Program-made: the position numbers and the translations under genes | The notes under the pieces: generated by a model | What the model was told of the DNA's origin: nothing | Database searches by the model: none | The model's input: the letters and a program-made list of their open reading frames with translations, nothing else | Shown: in pieces, positions 8,871 to 19,905 of the stretch | How positions within the stretch are numbered: position 1 is the first letter of the stretch | How the letters are laid out: every line of letters begins with the position of its first letter | Source of the DNA: a bacterium | GTDB taxonomy: Bacteria > Zhuqueibacterota > Zhuqueibacteria > Residuimicrobiales > Krinioviventaceae | Assembly (NCBI GenBank): GCA_963693055.1 | Contig: OY843751.1 | Span: 5,216,001 to 5,280,000 of the forward strand | DNA: 64,000 nt | Direction of reading: 5' to 3'

Positions 8871-11147
8871 CTAAAATTCAGCACTAATTCCAATTGAGGG
8901 TAGAATACCTACACCACCGGTACTTTCAATCGTGCCTTTGTACAAATTAAAGCTTGGAACATCATAAACATCTCTGTTTAGCAGATTTTGTACATCAATA
9001 TAGGTAATTAGCGAAATCTTTTCCATGTACCAGCGTCTATCAATACGTAGATCGATAAAATAATTATCCTGAACACGCAGGGTGTTGAATTTTTCAGGGG
9101 ATCTTGAAAAATCCGGTTCATAAGGCGTATAAGGTCTTCCGGTTGCATATCGAATGCGAGTGCTCAACTCCCAGAACTGACCAAAGACATACCCTCCTCC
9201 AAGATTCATGATCCAACGTTGCTCATAACTGCCTGCCCGTTCAATACCGTCAAGCGCGGTAAACCGGGCATTGTTGTAACTGAGACTAAATGTACCATAC
9301 AAAGGTGAACTTGAAAACTTTTTTTGTACAAACAACTCGGCACCGTGCGCCTTGCCCTTACCACTGCTTACCATTGGGTCAATACCAAATGAAACGTAAC
9401 CTTCACTGGCACCTCCGTATCCCGCGCCAGTATTCGCAAGTACCAGGTATTCCCGGGTTAGACTTGCCGGATAATTGTCATATTGCTTATAATACGCTTC
9501 AATACTAACAATGGTATCGTCTCTTAACAGATGTTCAATACCAAAAATATATTGATTTGCGGTAATATGTTTCAACTTTTTATTCGCTGAATTGGTCATT
9601 AACCAGACATATGAAGGTGCCTGATAAAACTTACCCGCACTCATTTTCACACTCGTTAGATTTGAAAGCGCGTACCGGAAAGAGACTCTGGGAGAAACAG
9701 CATTTTTAGCATCAATCATATTAAAATAATCGTATCGCAAACCTGCGACCACATCCAGAGGTCCCCAATTTTGCGCAACCTGTACCCAACCAGCCCCTTT
9801 ATATGCACTGGTTCTTTCATCAAGTACCAGCGAAACAGGAAAGCCATATTCATCAACCATCGAAGGCAAGTAAATGTCTGAATGCAAACGTACAAATTTC
9901 CCCTGAAGGCCTGTTGTAACCTCGGTACTTTTTGTCAGATTAAAAACTACATTTTCTGTAAGCGAGGTCTCGTGTTCAAGAGACAGATTACGGAACAAAG
10001 GATTTTGCAATGTATCATTCTGAAAGTAATCATAATCTACCAATGACTGTCCCAAAGTCATTTCCGAAAAACCGCCGGCAAATATATGCTTCCAGGTTAT
10101 ACCACCCATGAATTGATTTTGACTGCTGCCCAATATCTGAGAGTTATCGTAACGATTTTCCTCCGTATCATTCAAAAAGTTGGTTTTGTCCAAAGCGGCT
10201 ATACCTAAAACTCTCAACTGATCATTTTTACTCAGATCAAAACTGGTCTTTGATAAAAAATCCCAGTATTCCGGTACAAATCCAAAACCGTTGGCCTTAA
10301 AGATAAAATCAAGATAACTTCTTCTGGCTGAAAACAGGGTTGATCCATTGTTCCCCACTGGGCCTTCAAGATCCAATCCAAATTGAGATGCGGCAATGGT
10401 GCCCTTTCCACCCCAACGGTCGTCTCTGCCATCCCGCAGATCAAGAGTTAAAACAGAAGACAACTTGTCTCCATATCGAGCTCCAAAGCCTCCACTTGAA
10501 AATGCAGTACCCGAAACAAAATCAAGATTAATAAAGCTGATAGGCCCGCCACTGGCACCCTGGGTGCCAAAGTGATTGATATTCGGTATTTCAATACCAT
10601 CCACAACATATAAATTTTCAGAAGGTGCTCCTCCGCGAACAATCAAATCGTTTCGCCCGCCGGTGACCTGCCCTACACCCGGTAAAATGGATATTGCACG
10701 AACAACATCCTCAAAACCTCCGGGTAACCGACGAATTTCTTCATTTGATTGTGTCTGGGTACTTATGGGACGGTCTGTAGAAGATTCAAAATACTCGGGT
10801 CTAACTGTTAACTCGTCAAATTCGATGACGGTTTCTGCCAACTCGAAATTAACAACTGATGGTTTAACAGAGTTTACAGAAATATCGGATTTCACCACCG
10901 TCTTGTACCCGATAACAGAAACCCGAACAACCTGCACACCCACTGGCACATTGGTAATACGATATTCCCCATCGGCATTGGTTGCTGCTCCCAACTGGGT
11001 TCCCACAACCATCACATTGGCAGCAATAAGGGGAGTATTTGTAGTGTGATCAATAACTTTGCCGGTTATTTCTCCTGCCATCTTGTTTTGAGAATAAACT
11101 GACAATGCAAATAACAATAATACCGAAACTAGAATCTTGATTTTCAT
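8871..11147 (-). CDS. TonB-dependent receptor with N-terminal carboxypeptidase-regulatory-like domain
   Basis: 758 aa; signal peptide; plug motifs (LIVRGG..ENLYVVDGIEI, GGFGARYGDKLSSV); C-terminal barrel strand ending in F. Confidence 0.9.
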   Translation of the reverse strand: MKIKILVSVLLLFALSVYSQNKMAGEITGKVIDHTTNTPLIAANVMVVGTQLGAATNADGEYRITNVPVGVQVVRVSVIGYKTVVKSDISVNSVKPSVVNFELAETVIEFDELTVRPEYFESSTDRPISTQTQSNEEIRRLPGGFEDVVRAISILPGVGQVTGGRNDLIVRGGAPSENLYVVDGIEIPNINHFGTQGASGGPISFINLDFVSGTAFSSGGFGARYGDKLSSVLTLDLRDGRDDRWGGKGTIAASQFGLDLEGPVGNNGSTLFSARRSYLDFIFKANGFGFVPEYWDFLSKTSFDLSKNDQLRVLGIAALDKTNFLNDTEENRYDNSQILGSSQNQFMGGITWKHIFAGGFSEMTLGQSLVDYDYFQNDTLQNPLFRNLSLEHETSLTENVVFNLTKSTEVTTGLQGKFVRLHSDIYLPSMVDEYGFPVSLVLDERTSAYKGAGWVQVAQNWGPLDVVAGLRYDYFNMIDAKNAVSPRVSFRYALSNLTSVKMSAGKFYQAPSYVWLMTNSANKKLKHITANQYIFGIEHLLRDDTIVSIEAYYKQYDNYPASLTREYLVLANTGAGYGGASEGYVSFGIDPMVSSGKGKAHGAELFVQKKFSSSPLYGTFSLSYNNARFTALDGIERAGSYEQRWIMNLGGGYVFGQFWELSTRIRYATGRPYTPYEPDFSRSPEKFNTLRVQDNYFIDLRIDRRWYMEKISLITYIDVQNLLNRDVYDVPSFNLYKGTIESTGGVGILPSIGISAEF

Positions 11148-11234
11148 TTCACCTTTCCACCGTTAATATTTTCTATTTTGATAGAATTAACAGCAAAAAG
11201 TTTCAGCTTATTTCATATTTACACAACAAAGAAT

Positions 11235-12560
11235 CTATAAAAGATCGCTGGCAAGTTCTGCCAGCTCAGAACGTTCTCCTTTTTCAAGAGTCACATGTGC
11301 GTGAATAGACTGGTTTTTCATTCTATCAATAAGATAGCTTAATCCGGTAGAACGAGAGTCCAGATAAGGTGTATCAATCTGGTTTATATCTCCGGCAAAT
11401 ACAATCTTTGTGCCCTCTCCCGCACGGGTAATAATGGTTTTAACCTCATGCGGAGTCAGGTTTTGCGCTTCATCAATAATAAAAAAGATATGATTCAGGC
11501 TTCTACCTCGGATATACGCAAGCGGAGAAATTTCCAATTTACCGTTCTCCTGCATATCCTGAAGCAGGGTATATTTTTTATCCGTTTCTTTGAACTGATT
11601 GCGGATAACGCCAAGGTTATCGTACAAGGGCTGCATATATGGATCAATCTTGGAATCGATATCACCCGGTAAAAACCCGAGATCCTTATTCGACAATGCG
11701 ACAATAGGACGGGCCAGCAGTACCTGGCGGAATTTTTGGCGCTGTTCTAGCGCAGATGCCAGCGCAAGCAGTGTTTTGCCTGTACCCGCTTTACCGGTAA
11801 GTGTAACCAGCGGAACATTATCATTCAATAATGCGTGAAGAGCAAAAGTTTGTTCCGCGTTGCGGGGTTGAATTCCATACGCATTAAGCTTTTCTACATG
11901 CTCCAACATACCCATGTTCATATTAAATGAAGCCAATGCAGATTTACCATTGTTTCGTAAAATAAAATATTCATTGGGATATGCGGAATCAAGATCCGCT
12001 TCAGCAGCAGAAACTTCATAGGGTTCAGCGTATAACCGATCAATCAACTCTGAATCAAAAGGCTCTACCATACGCTTGCCACGGTAAAGCTTGTCAACAT
12101 CTTCAATTTTATCTGAATAATAGTCCTGTGAGTTCAAAGACAAAGATTTTGCCTTTAATCTCAAATTCACATCTTTACTGACCAACACAACAGGACGATT
12201 TTTATGTATTTTCTGTAAATAGATGGCCGCACTGAGAATCCGATGATCAGGTTTGTTTTCAACAAATGCTTCTCTTACATCATTATCATCAGGATAACGG
12301 GCCAATATGGAAATTTTGCCTCGTCCTTCTCCCAGACTGGCGCCATCATTCACCAGTTTTTCAGGAGGGAAACTATCCAATTGGCGCACAAATTCTCTGG
12401 CGTGAAAATGTTTCAATTCAAAACCGCGTTTAAATGCGTCAACCTCTTCTATAACTGTAATGGGTATTACAACATCATTATCATCAAAATGAAAAATACT
12501 TGAAACATCATGCAAAATCACATTTGTATCCAGTACAAATATTTTTTTCACCCGAATCAC
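11235..12560 (-). CDS. PhoH-family protein with N-terminal PIN domain (PhoH2/YlaK type)
   Basis: [13 protein letters not shown] motif, Walker [35 protein letters not shown]. Confidence 0.92.
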   Translation of the reverse strand: MIRVKKIFVLDTNVILHDVSSIFHFDDNDVVIPITVIEEVDAFKRGFELKHFHAREFVRQLDSFPPEKLVNDGASLGEGRGKISILARYPDDNDVREAFVENKPDHRILSAAIYLQKIHKNRPVVLVSKDVNLRLKAKSLSLNSQDYYSDKIEDVDKLYRGKRMVEPFDSELIDRLYAEPYEVSAAEADLDSAYPNEYFILRNNGKSALASFNMNMGMLEHVEKLNAYGIQPRNAEQTFALHALLNDNVPLVTLTGKAGTGKTLLALASALEQRQKFRQVLLARPIVALSNKDLGFLPGDIDSKIDPYMQPLYDNLGVIRNQFKETDKKYTLLQDMQENGKLEISPLAYIRGRSLNHIFFIIDEAQNLTPHEVKTIITRAGEGTKIVFAGDINQIDTPYLDSRSTGLSYLIDRMKNQSIHAHVTLEKGERSELAELASDLL

Positions 12561-12585
12561 TCCATCATTTGGTTAGCAAATTATA

Positions 12586-13887
12586 TCAAACAACGCTGCC
12601 TTTTAAAACATGAGCGGTTGCATCGGTAATCTTTACATCAACAAACTGACCAACCTTGTATCCATTTTGCGGAATGATCACCAGCTTATTTCCATCATTC
12701 CTGCCCTGAACATCTTGGTCAGACTTTTTGGTTTCTTCACTTTCCACCAAAATCCGTTGAGTTTCGCCCACATGCGCAAGGTTCTTTTTCAAGGAATGTG
12801 CCTTTTGGATCTCATTCAATAACATGATCCGTTCGGTCTTTTTATCTTCCGGAACATCATCATCGTACTTTTTGGCAGCCAGTGTACCCTCACGTTCCGA
12901 ATATTTAAAAATAAAAGCAGAATCATACTCTACTTTTTGCATTACATCTACTGTATCCTGAAATTCATCATCCGTTTCTGTTGGAAAGCCTATGATGATA
13001 TCAGTAGTTAATACTACATTAGGAATAACATTGCGGATGTCTTCTACAAGTTTTAAATACTCTTCTTTTGTATAAGTCCTTCGCATAACATCCAATATCC
13101 GACTGTTACCTGCCTGCAAAGGTAAATGTATATGCTTGCATATTTTATCATTCTCTGCCATAACCTTGATCAAATCCAGAGGAAAATCTTTGGGATGCGG
13201 TGAAGTAAACCGAATTCTCTCAAGACCATCAACCTGAGCAACGATTTGCAAAAGATCAGCAAATTTTTGCTCCTCGTATTGATACGAATTTACATTCTGT
13301 CCCAAAAGCGTTACCTGTTTAAAGCCCTCTTTAACAAGCTGCTCTGTTTCTTTAACCACACTCAAAGGAGAACGGCTCCTCTCGCGTCCACGTGTATAAG
13401 GTACTACGCAAAATGAGCAAAAATTATTGCAACCACGCATAATGGCAATCCATGCGTTAACACCATTCTGACGGATGGGATATATATCCTCATACGTTTC
13501 CGTCTTTGAGAGTTTAACGTCAAAACCCTCATCCGGGTTCTCTTTTGAATCAGATAAAATTTGTCCAATTCTTCTATAACTATCAGGACCAATTACAAAA
13601 TCAATACCCAGATTATTGTTTTCCAGCAGCTTTTCCTTAAAATTTGTAGCCATGCACCCCATAATCCCAATCTTGAGATCAGACTTTATATGCCGCAGGG
13701 CGTGAACGCGACCATAAATTTTACGGTTTGCGTTTTCCCGTACAGAACAGGTGTTCAGCAATACAATTTCCGCTTCTTGCGGGGTTTCGGCCAATGCAAA
13801 GCCATCATCTTTTAAAACTGCCTGCGCAATTTCGGTATCGTACTCGTTCATCTGGCAGCCATAGGTCTCTATATATACACGGGTCAT
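12586..13887 (-). CDS. miaB: tRNA i6A37 methylthiotransferase MiaB
   Basis: ETYGCQMNEYD, NTCSVRENA, CNNFCSFCVVPYTRGRERSR, RFTSPHP, C-terminal TRAM domain. Confidence 0.9.
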   Translation of the reverse strand: MTRVYIETYGCQMNEYDTEIAQAVLKDDGFALAETPQEAEIVLLNTCSVRENANRKIYGRVHALRHIKSDLKIGIMGCMATNFKEKLLENNNLGIDFVIGPDSYRRIGQILSDSKENPDEGFDVKLSKTETYEDIYPIRQNGVNAWIAIMRGCNNFCSFCVVPYTRGRERSRSPLSVVKETEQLVKEGFKQVTLLGQNVNSYQYEEQKFADLLQIVAQVDGLERIRFTSPHPKDFPLDLIKVMAENDKICKHIHLPLQAGNSRILDVMRRTYTKEEYLKLVEDIRNVIPNVVLTTDIIIGFPTETDDEFQDTVDVMQKVEYDSAFIFKYSEREGTLAAKKYDDDVPEDKKTERIMLLNEIQKAHSLKKNLAHVGETQRILVESEETKKSDQDVQGRNDGNKLVIIPQNGYKVGQFVDVKITDATAHVLKGSVV

Positions 13888-15164
13888 AAAATTTTACCTG
13901 TCATAAACTGATCATTAATATTAACCAACTCGACCGGAACAATCCGGTTATATAAATTCAAATCCGTATCTACTTTAACATGAACAAAAGTATCGGTATG
14001 TCCCTGCCAAAGACCCTTTTTATTATGCTCAAATAATACATATTCAACTTTACCAATCTGATTATTCAAATATTTCTTTCTTTTTTGTTGTGACAAGTTA
14101 CGCAAAACCTGATTACGTTTCTTTATAGTCTCCTTGTCTACTTTACCAGGCAATTTTCTGCTTCTGGCGTGATCTCTATCTGAATAACTGAATACATGAA
14201 AATATGTAAAAGGCAGAGATTTCATAAATTCAAATGTATCATCAAAATCAGAATCCGTTTCACCGGGGAAACCAACAATCACATCCGTGCCCAGACATAT
14301 ATCCTGTACCTGAGTGTAAGCGAGATTCAAAAAATCTGCAAATTCATTTATAGTATATTTTCGGTTCATTAATTCAAGAATCTTGTCACTTCCACTCTGG
14401 AGAGAAATATGCAAAAACCTGCACAATTTTCGATCTTTTGCCATAAATGCAAGCAGATCGCGTGGAAACGTTGTAGCCTCAATAGATGAGATTCGAATTC
14501 GTTCTAAACCGGGTACATTTTCAAGAACTGCTATAACATCCGTAATATTTTTGTCTTCATAAGAATAGGTACCTACATTGATCCCTGTCAGAACCAGTTC
14601 TTTATGACCAGCCTGTGCCAGTATCCCGGCTTCGTGTACCAGATCATCAAATACACGGCTGCGGGCCAATCCACGGGCAAAGGGAATTTCACAATAGCTG
14701 CAAAAATAATCACACCCATCCTGTATTTTCAGGTTGGCGCGTGTGTGTGTTTTATCAATACCGGCAACAGGGATTGTAAAACTTTTACGCTGAATTCTGG
14801 GTGTAAATACTCCCGGCTCATTCAAATGTTCAAGAAGGAAACGGGGTAGCTCCATCTTGATCTCATTACCAACAACCCAAGAAACCCCCGGCATATCCAA
14901 AAGTTTCTCTTTTTGTGTCTGTGCCTGGCACCCCACCAGAGCAATCTGCGCTTGAGGATTTTCCCTGCGAATGCGATTGACAACTTTGCGTGTTTCGGCA
15001 TCTCCGTTCTCGGTAACGGTGCAGGTATTAACAACCACCAGATCTGAAGTCTGACCAAAATTTACATAGGTAAACCCTTCCTGCTCAAACGCTTGTTGTA
15101 AAATTGCGGTTTCGGCCTGATTTAACCGGCACCCTATTGTAAAAAAAGAAACTGATTTATTCAT
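13884..15164 (-). CDS. mtaB: tRNA t6A37 methylthiotransferase MtaB
   Basis: TIGCRLNQAE, NTCTVT, TRANLKIQDGCDYFCSYC, HVFSYS.R; overlaps miaB by 4 bp. Confidence 0.88.
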   Translation of the reverse strand: MNKSVSFFTIGCRLNQAETAILQQAFEQEGFTYVNFGQTSDLVVVNTCTVTENGDAETRKVVNRIRRENPQAQIALVGCQAQTQKEKLLDMPGVSWVVGNEIKMELPRFLLEHLNEPGVFTPRIQRKSFTIPVAGIDKTHTRANLKIQDGCDYFCSYCEIPFARGLARSRVFDDLVHEAGILAQAGHKELVLTGINVGTYSYEDKNITDVIAVLENVPGLERIRISSIEATTFPRDLLAFMAKDRKLCRFLHISLQSGSDKILELMNRKYTINEFADFLNLAYTQVQDICLGTDVIVGFPGETDSDFDDTFEFMKSLPFTYFHVFSYSDRDHARSRKLPGKVDKETIKKRNQVLRNLSQQKRKKYLNNQIGKVEYVLFEHNKKGLWQGHTDTFVHVKVDTDLNLYNRIVPVELVNINDQFMTGKIL

Positions 15165-15284
15165 ACTGTACCAATATCACATGAACAGTAAATGTAACAA
15201 CATGAAAGAGTAAATGCAATTAAAAGTTGTATTAAGAAGATCCTGAAAGATATATTCCTGCAACTGAAAATCCTTACACAAAAA

Positions 15285-15728
15285 TCAGGAATGATTGTAA
15301 TATTTGCCAAGAATTTGCCAGATGGTTTCAAATGATTCTGTTAAAACTTTTTGCTCCTTGTCTTCCAACGGCTCAAGTAATCTGTCAAACAATTCAATCA
15401 TATCATTTTGCCGCTTTCGCAGCACCTGTTCTCCATCATCAGACAGCACAAGATATGACTGCCTACGATCAGGACCGTTCTGCGTCTTTTTTAAATAACC
15501 GGATTCCACCATTCTGTTTGCCAGTTCAGTACCCGTTGATGCTGCCAGACCAAGCTGTTTGCAAAAATCAGATATTGACAATTGCCCACTGGCGCTTGTG
15601 ATAATCATGGCTTGATATTGACGCATGGTCAAATGTTCACCATCTGAATGTTTTCGGCCAAGATGGTGAAATGCGCCCATAATTTTGGGCGCAACCCGGG
15701 CTAATCTTTCGGCTTCAAATTTAGACAT
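15285..15728 (-). CDS. MarR-family transcriptional regulator
   Basis: 147 aa with LTMRQY, winged HTH, DRRQSYLVLS..G. Confidence 0.88.
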   Translation of the reverse strand: MSKFEAERLARVAPKIMGAFHHLGRKHSDGEHLTMRQYQAMIITSASGQLSISDFCKQLGLAASTGTELANRMVESGYLKKTQNGPDRRQSYLVLSDDGEQVLRKRQNDMIELFDRLLEPLEDKEQKVLTESFETIWQILGKYYNHS

Positions 15729-15734
15729 AATCCC

Positions 15735-17873
15735 TTAAATGTTATAATCAAAAGTTACAAACACCCGGCGTCCTACAAACGGACCATATATCTCATCCTT
15801 ATAATCCGTGAGATTGGTTACACCGGCACGAACACTGATATTTCTGTTTAATATATAATTTGCAGAAAAGTCTAACAGATTATAGGCATCATGCTTTTGC
15901 AATGCGTCAATATACTCTCCTGCATCTGCATCAAATATCTGCACATCATGTTTGCCCCAAAATTGATCTCGTACAGACAAACTGAGTTTATTTGCAAACA
16001 TTCTATATTCTACCCTGAACGATGCCGTATGCGGTGCAATATTGGTTACAGTATACTTGCCAGCTTCCTGGTCGACATTGGAATAATTATATGCAATAAT
16101 AGTTGTTAAATTCGTCATTAGGTAATAACGTGCCTGCAATTCCGCTCCAGAATAGGTTGCTTTATCAATATTTCGATAGCTTATTACACCCGGTGACAGC
16201 ATGGTATCGTTAATGAGATTTTCAAATTCGTTTCTAAATCCCATTACTGATAGCATCATTTTTTGTGTCAATATATACTCAAAGCCGGCATTGAACCCTG
16301 TCGATTCTTCAGGCTTCAGATCAGGATTCCCCTGAATAAAAAATCCGGAACCAAAGGGTACAAAGTAATTAATATACAAGTCCGTAAAAGAGGGCAGACG
16401 GAAACCCTTTCCCCACGATGCACGAAGTTTTAGATCCGGGGTTAGATTATACATTCCACTGATACGGGGACTGAAAAAACCATCCACATCTGTTACCTTG
16501 TCATACCGCCCGCCGGCAACAACTTTGAACCGCGGTATGGGACGAACATTCAACTGGGCAAACACACCATGCTGGTCGCGTTCAATTTCATTATAGATAC
16601 GATCAGATTCATAAGTGTCTTGAATATAGTCATACCCCCAATCAATAGAATATCTGCCTGAAAAAGTATAGGTAAAGTCGGATTTCGCTCCCAGAAGCAT
16701 TTCTGTGGTTGTATCTATAGTTACAGCAGAAACCGGAACCGGTATATATTGCAAAACCTCTTTGTTCATGATTTCACTTTTTAATTCTTTAATATAGTCG
16801 GATCCGAATCCGTTGATCCGCCAACTCAGGTTATCATATTGATGGTTCCACAACATACTTATATTCCTTCGGTCAGCCTGAGAGTTAAAGGTATAATCCA
16901 GGCCATAACTATCCGTAGAATTGTATTCCATATCATCCGAACGCATATCGCCCTTTAGAACCCAATCACCCCATTGCTCGCTGCTCCAGCGTAATTTGGT
17001 ATTAAAGCCTTCATTGCTGATATTGGAAATATCTACAAAAGCTTCATTCTGTTCTATGCCGCCCTGGGTATGGACCACACCAAAAGCATAACCGGCATTT
17101 TGAGTCCCTCCTGAAAGGGTAAAATGACCACTCATCAAGTCACCGGAACCATATTTGCCGTGTGCGTTTAAATTCATCCCCTCTGTTACAGGATTCGTAA
17201 TCACATTGATCACCCCTCCCATGGCTTCGGTCCCATAAAGCGCTGAACCAGGACCTTTAACAATCTCAATATGATCAATATTATATGTTCCCAATTGACT
17301 GAGATCAATACGGTTGTTAACCTTGCCGGCTACCGGTATTCCATCTTCCAAAACAAGAATATGCTTGGCATCAATTCCATTTATATTCACATTTTGACCA
17401 GTAGAAGCACTGCTGGTCATTAAAAGTCCCGCACGATCTTGAATAGCCTCCGATACATTTTCCGCACCCCGTTCTTCTATATCCGCACGGGTCACAAGCT
17501 CGGTAACCACGGGGACATCATGGTTATAGGTCATATTTCGCGTTGCGGTAACTACAACCTGCTGGGTATAAAAAATATCTTTTGACAGATTAAAATCCAC
17601 AGAAACATCCTGGGATTGAACATCCACAACTCTGACCAGGTGTTCATATCCCATATAGCTGGCTTTAATACTCAATTTTCCGTTCGGAATATTTTCCAAA
17701 TGATAATAACCATTTTTATCGGTAACCGTGCCTCTGTCAGTTCCTTCTATTGTAATATTTGTATTTTCAAGTGGCAACCGCGTTAATACATCTTTAACAA
17801 TACCCTGAATATTACACAACCCCATACCTGCAAAAATTAATATATATACTGCGACTGTCCAAATATATCTCAT
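15735..17873 (-). CDS. TonB-dependent receptor (BtuB/HmuR/CirA-like plug) with N-terminal carboxypeptidase-like domain
   Basis: VVVTATR, IEIVKGPGSALYGTEAMGGVINVIT, GNPDLKPEES, GVTNLTD. Confidence 0.92.
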   Translation of the reverse strand: MRYIWTVAVYILIFAGMGLCNIQGIVKDVLTRLPLENTNITIEGTDRGTVTDKNGYYHLENIPNGKLSIKASYMGYEHLVRVVDVQSQDVSVDFNLSKDIFYTQQVVVTATRNMTYNHDVPVVTELVTRADIEERGAENVSEAIQDRAGLLMTSSASTGQNVNINGIDAKHILVLEDGIPVAGKVNNRIDLSQLGTYNIDHIEIVKGPGSALYGTEAMGGVINVITNPVTEGMNLNAHGKYGSGDLMSGHFTLSGGTQNAGYAFGVVHTQGGIEQNEAFVDISNISNEGFNTKLRWSSEQWGDWVLKGDMRSDDMEYNSTDSYGLDYTFNSQADRRNISMLWNHQYDNLSWRINGFGSDYIKELKSEIMNKEVLQYIPVPVSAVTIDTTTEMLLGAKSDFTYTFSGRYSIDWGYDYIQDTYESDRIYNEIERDQHGVFAQLNVRPIPRFKVVAGGRYDKVTDVDGFFSPRISGMYNLTPDLKLRASWGKGFRLPSFTDLYINYFVPFGSGFFIQGNPDLKPEESTGFNAGFEYILTQKMMLSVMGFRNEFENLINDTMLSPGVISYRNIDKATYSGAELQARYYLMTNLTTIIAYNYSNVDQEAGKYTVTNIAPHTASFRVEYRMFANKLSLSVRDQFWGKHDVQIFDADAGEYIDALQKHDAYNLLDFSANYILNRNISVRAGVTNLTDYKDEIYGPFVGRRVFVTFDYNI

Positions 17874-17895
17874 CGTGCTACCTCGCCTATTAATT

Positions 17896-17940
17896 TACTT
17901 CGTAAGTACGAAATATAATATTTACCAAATTTGCATTCAA
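17896..17940 (-). promoter_or_regulatory. Sigma-70-type promoter (TTGAAT-N17-TATATT) with an overlapping palindromic operator TTCGTA-N2-TACGAA
   Basis: -35 at 17935-17940, -10 at 17912-17917, palindrome at 17899-17912, just upstream of the receptor's RBS. Confidence 0.6.
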
Positions 17941-18070
17941 GAAAAACTTGAATTTTAAAGCAAACCAAACGCAAATCAAAGCAATATTTTCCCTTGTAAA
18001 TCACAATAAATGGTTTAATTTAAGAATAGAAAAAAATGGCTTGAAATTATAAATAAACGGAGAATAACAG

Positions 18071-19885
18071 ATGGCACAGACAAGTGATATTAAAATGAAT
18101 GCACCGCAAAAACGTTTGCGCGGTTCACTTCCCAAGGTTGGCATTCGGCCGGTCATTGACGGTCGTATGAACGGTGTACGCGAATCTTTGGAAGATCAGA
18201 CGATGAATATGGCAAAAGCGGCAGCAAAGTTGATTACTGACAATTTACGTCATCCCAATGGGTTGCCGGTTGAATGTGTTATTGCCGATACTACTATTGG
18301 CCGGGTTGCAGAGGCTGCAGAATGTGCGGAAAAATTTGCTCGTGAAGGTGTTGGTGTTTCTCTTACTGTAACCCCTTGCTGGTGTTATGGTACCGAAGTT
18401 ATGGATACCGATCCGCTGATGCCAAAAGCAGTTTGGGGTTTTAATGGTACCGAACGGCCGGGAGCAGTTTATCTGGCTGCTGCCTTGGCAGGTTATACCC
18501 AAAAAGGTCTTCCGGCATTCAGTATTTATGGTCATGATGTACAAGACAATGATGATACCAGTGTACCCGACGACGTTAAAAGCAAACTTTTGAATTTTGT
18601 TAAAGCCGGTCTGGCTGTTGCAGAAATGCGCAATAAATCTTACCTGGCAATTGGTGGTGTTTCCATGGGTATTGCAGGATCAATTGTAGATCAGAGTTTT
18701 TTCCAGGACTATCTGGGTATGCGTAACGAAACTGTTGAATCGACAGAATTTATTCGTCGTATTGAACAGGGTATTTACGATAAAGAAGAATATGAAAAAG
18801 CATTAGCATGGGTTAAAACCAACTGTCCCGAAGGTGAAGACCTGAATGATGAAGATAAAAAACATGACCGTAAACTCAAAGACTGGGAATGGGAATATGT
18901 AGTAAAAATGACCCTGATTGCCCGCGACCTTATGATTGGTAACCCCAAACTTGCAGAAATGGGTTATGGCGAAGAAGCACTGGGGCACAATGCCATTGCA
19001 GCAGGATTCCAGGGACAACGTCAGTGGACCGATTATTTACCAAACGGTGATTTTCTTGAATCCATTCTCAATTCATCTTTTGACTGGAACGGCATCCGAG
19101 AAGCATATATTATGGCAACTGAAAATGACTGTTTAAACGGTGTTTCCATGCTGTTTGGACATCTGTTAACAGATACTGCTCAAATTTTCTCCGATGTTCG
19201 TACCTACTGGAGTCCGGATGCGGTTAAACGCGTAACCGGCAAAGCGCTTACAGGCAAAGCCAAAGATGGAATCATCCACTTGATCAATTCGGGTTCAACA
19301 ACTCTTGATGGCACCGGACGTCAGAAAAAAGATGGTGAATCTACAATGAAACCGTTCTGGGAAATTACTCCGGAAGAGGTTGGCGAATGTCTCGACGCAA
19401 CCAAATGGTGCCCGGCTAACCTGGGTTATTTCCGTGGTGGTGGTTATTCTTCACAGTTTAAAACTGTTGGTGAAATGCCTGTTACCATGAGCCGCATCAA
19501 CCTGGTAAAAGGTCTGGGACCCGTATTGCAGATTGCAGAAGGTTACACAGTTGACCTTCCAGAAGATGTACACACAATACTTGATCGCCGTACAGATCCC
19601 ACATGGCCAACCACATGGTTTGCCCCCAAATTGACGGGCAAAGGCCCCTTTGTAGATGTGTATAGTGTAATGGCAAACTGGGGCGCTAACCACGGTGCAA
19701 TCAGTTACGGCCATATTGGAGATAAACTGATCACCCTGGCATCTATGTTGAGAATTCCGGTCAATATGCACAATGTTGAACCTGAACGCATTTTCAGACC
19801 CAGCGCGTGGTCATCATTTGGAACAGATTCTCTCGAAGGTGCAGATTTCCGCGCTTGTGAGAATTTTGGACCACTTTACGCTTAA
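18071..19885 (+). CDS. fucI: L-fucose isomerase
   Basis: [61 protein letters not shown]. Confidence 0.96.
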   Translation: MAQTSDIKMNAPQKRLRGSLPKVGIRPVIDGRMNGVRESLEDQTMNMAKAAAKLITDNLRHPNGLPVECVIADTTIGRVAEAAECAEKFAREGVGVSLTVTPCWCYGTEVMDTDPLMPKAVWGFNGTERPGAVYLAAALAGYTQKGLPAFSIYGHDVQDNDDTSVPDDVKSKLLNFVKAGLAVAEMRNKSYLAIGGVSMGIAGSIVDQSFFQDYLGMRNETVESTEFIRRIEQGIYDKEEYEKALAWVKTNCPEGEDLNDEDKKHDRKLKDWEWEYVVKMTLIARDLMIGNPKLAEMGYGEEALGHNAIAAGFQGQRQWTDYLPNGDFLESILNSSFDWNGIREAYIMATENDCLNGVSMLFGHLLTDTAQIFSDVRTYWSPDAVKRVTGKALTGKAKDGIIHLINSGSTTLDGTGRQKKDGESTMKPFWEITPEEVGECLDATKWCPANLGYFRGGGYSSQFKTVGEMPVTMSRINLVKGLGPVLQIAEGYTVDLPEDVHTILDRRTDPTWPTTWFAPKLTGKGPFVDVYSVMANWGANHGAISYGHIGDKLITLASMLRIPVNMHNVEPERIFRPSAWSSFGTDSLEGADFRACENFGPLYA

Positions 19886-19905
19886 TTTTGGATTTGGAGT
19901 CGTTT

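Noticed and set aside
11235-12560. PIN domain as a toxin-antitoxin toxin
   Set aside because: It is the standard PIN-PhoH fusion, with no small antitoxin gene upstream; it follows mtaB-miaB.
17874-18070. Cobalamin riboswitch upstream of the BtuB-like receptor
   Set aside because: The leader between promoter and RBS is too short and AT-rich, and no B12-box-like motif was seen.
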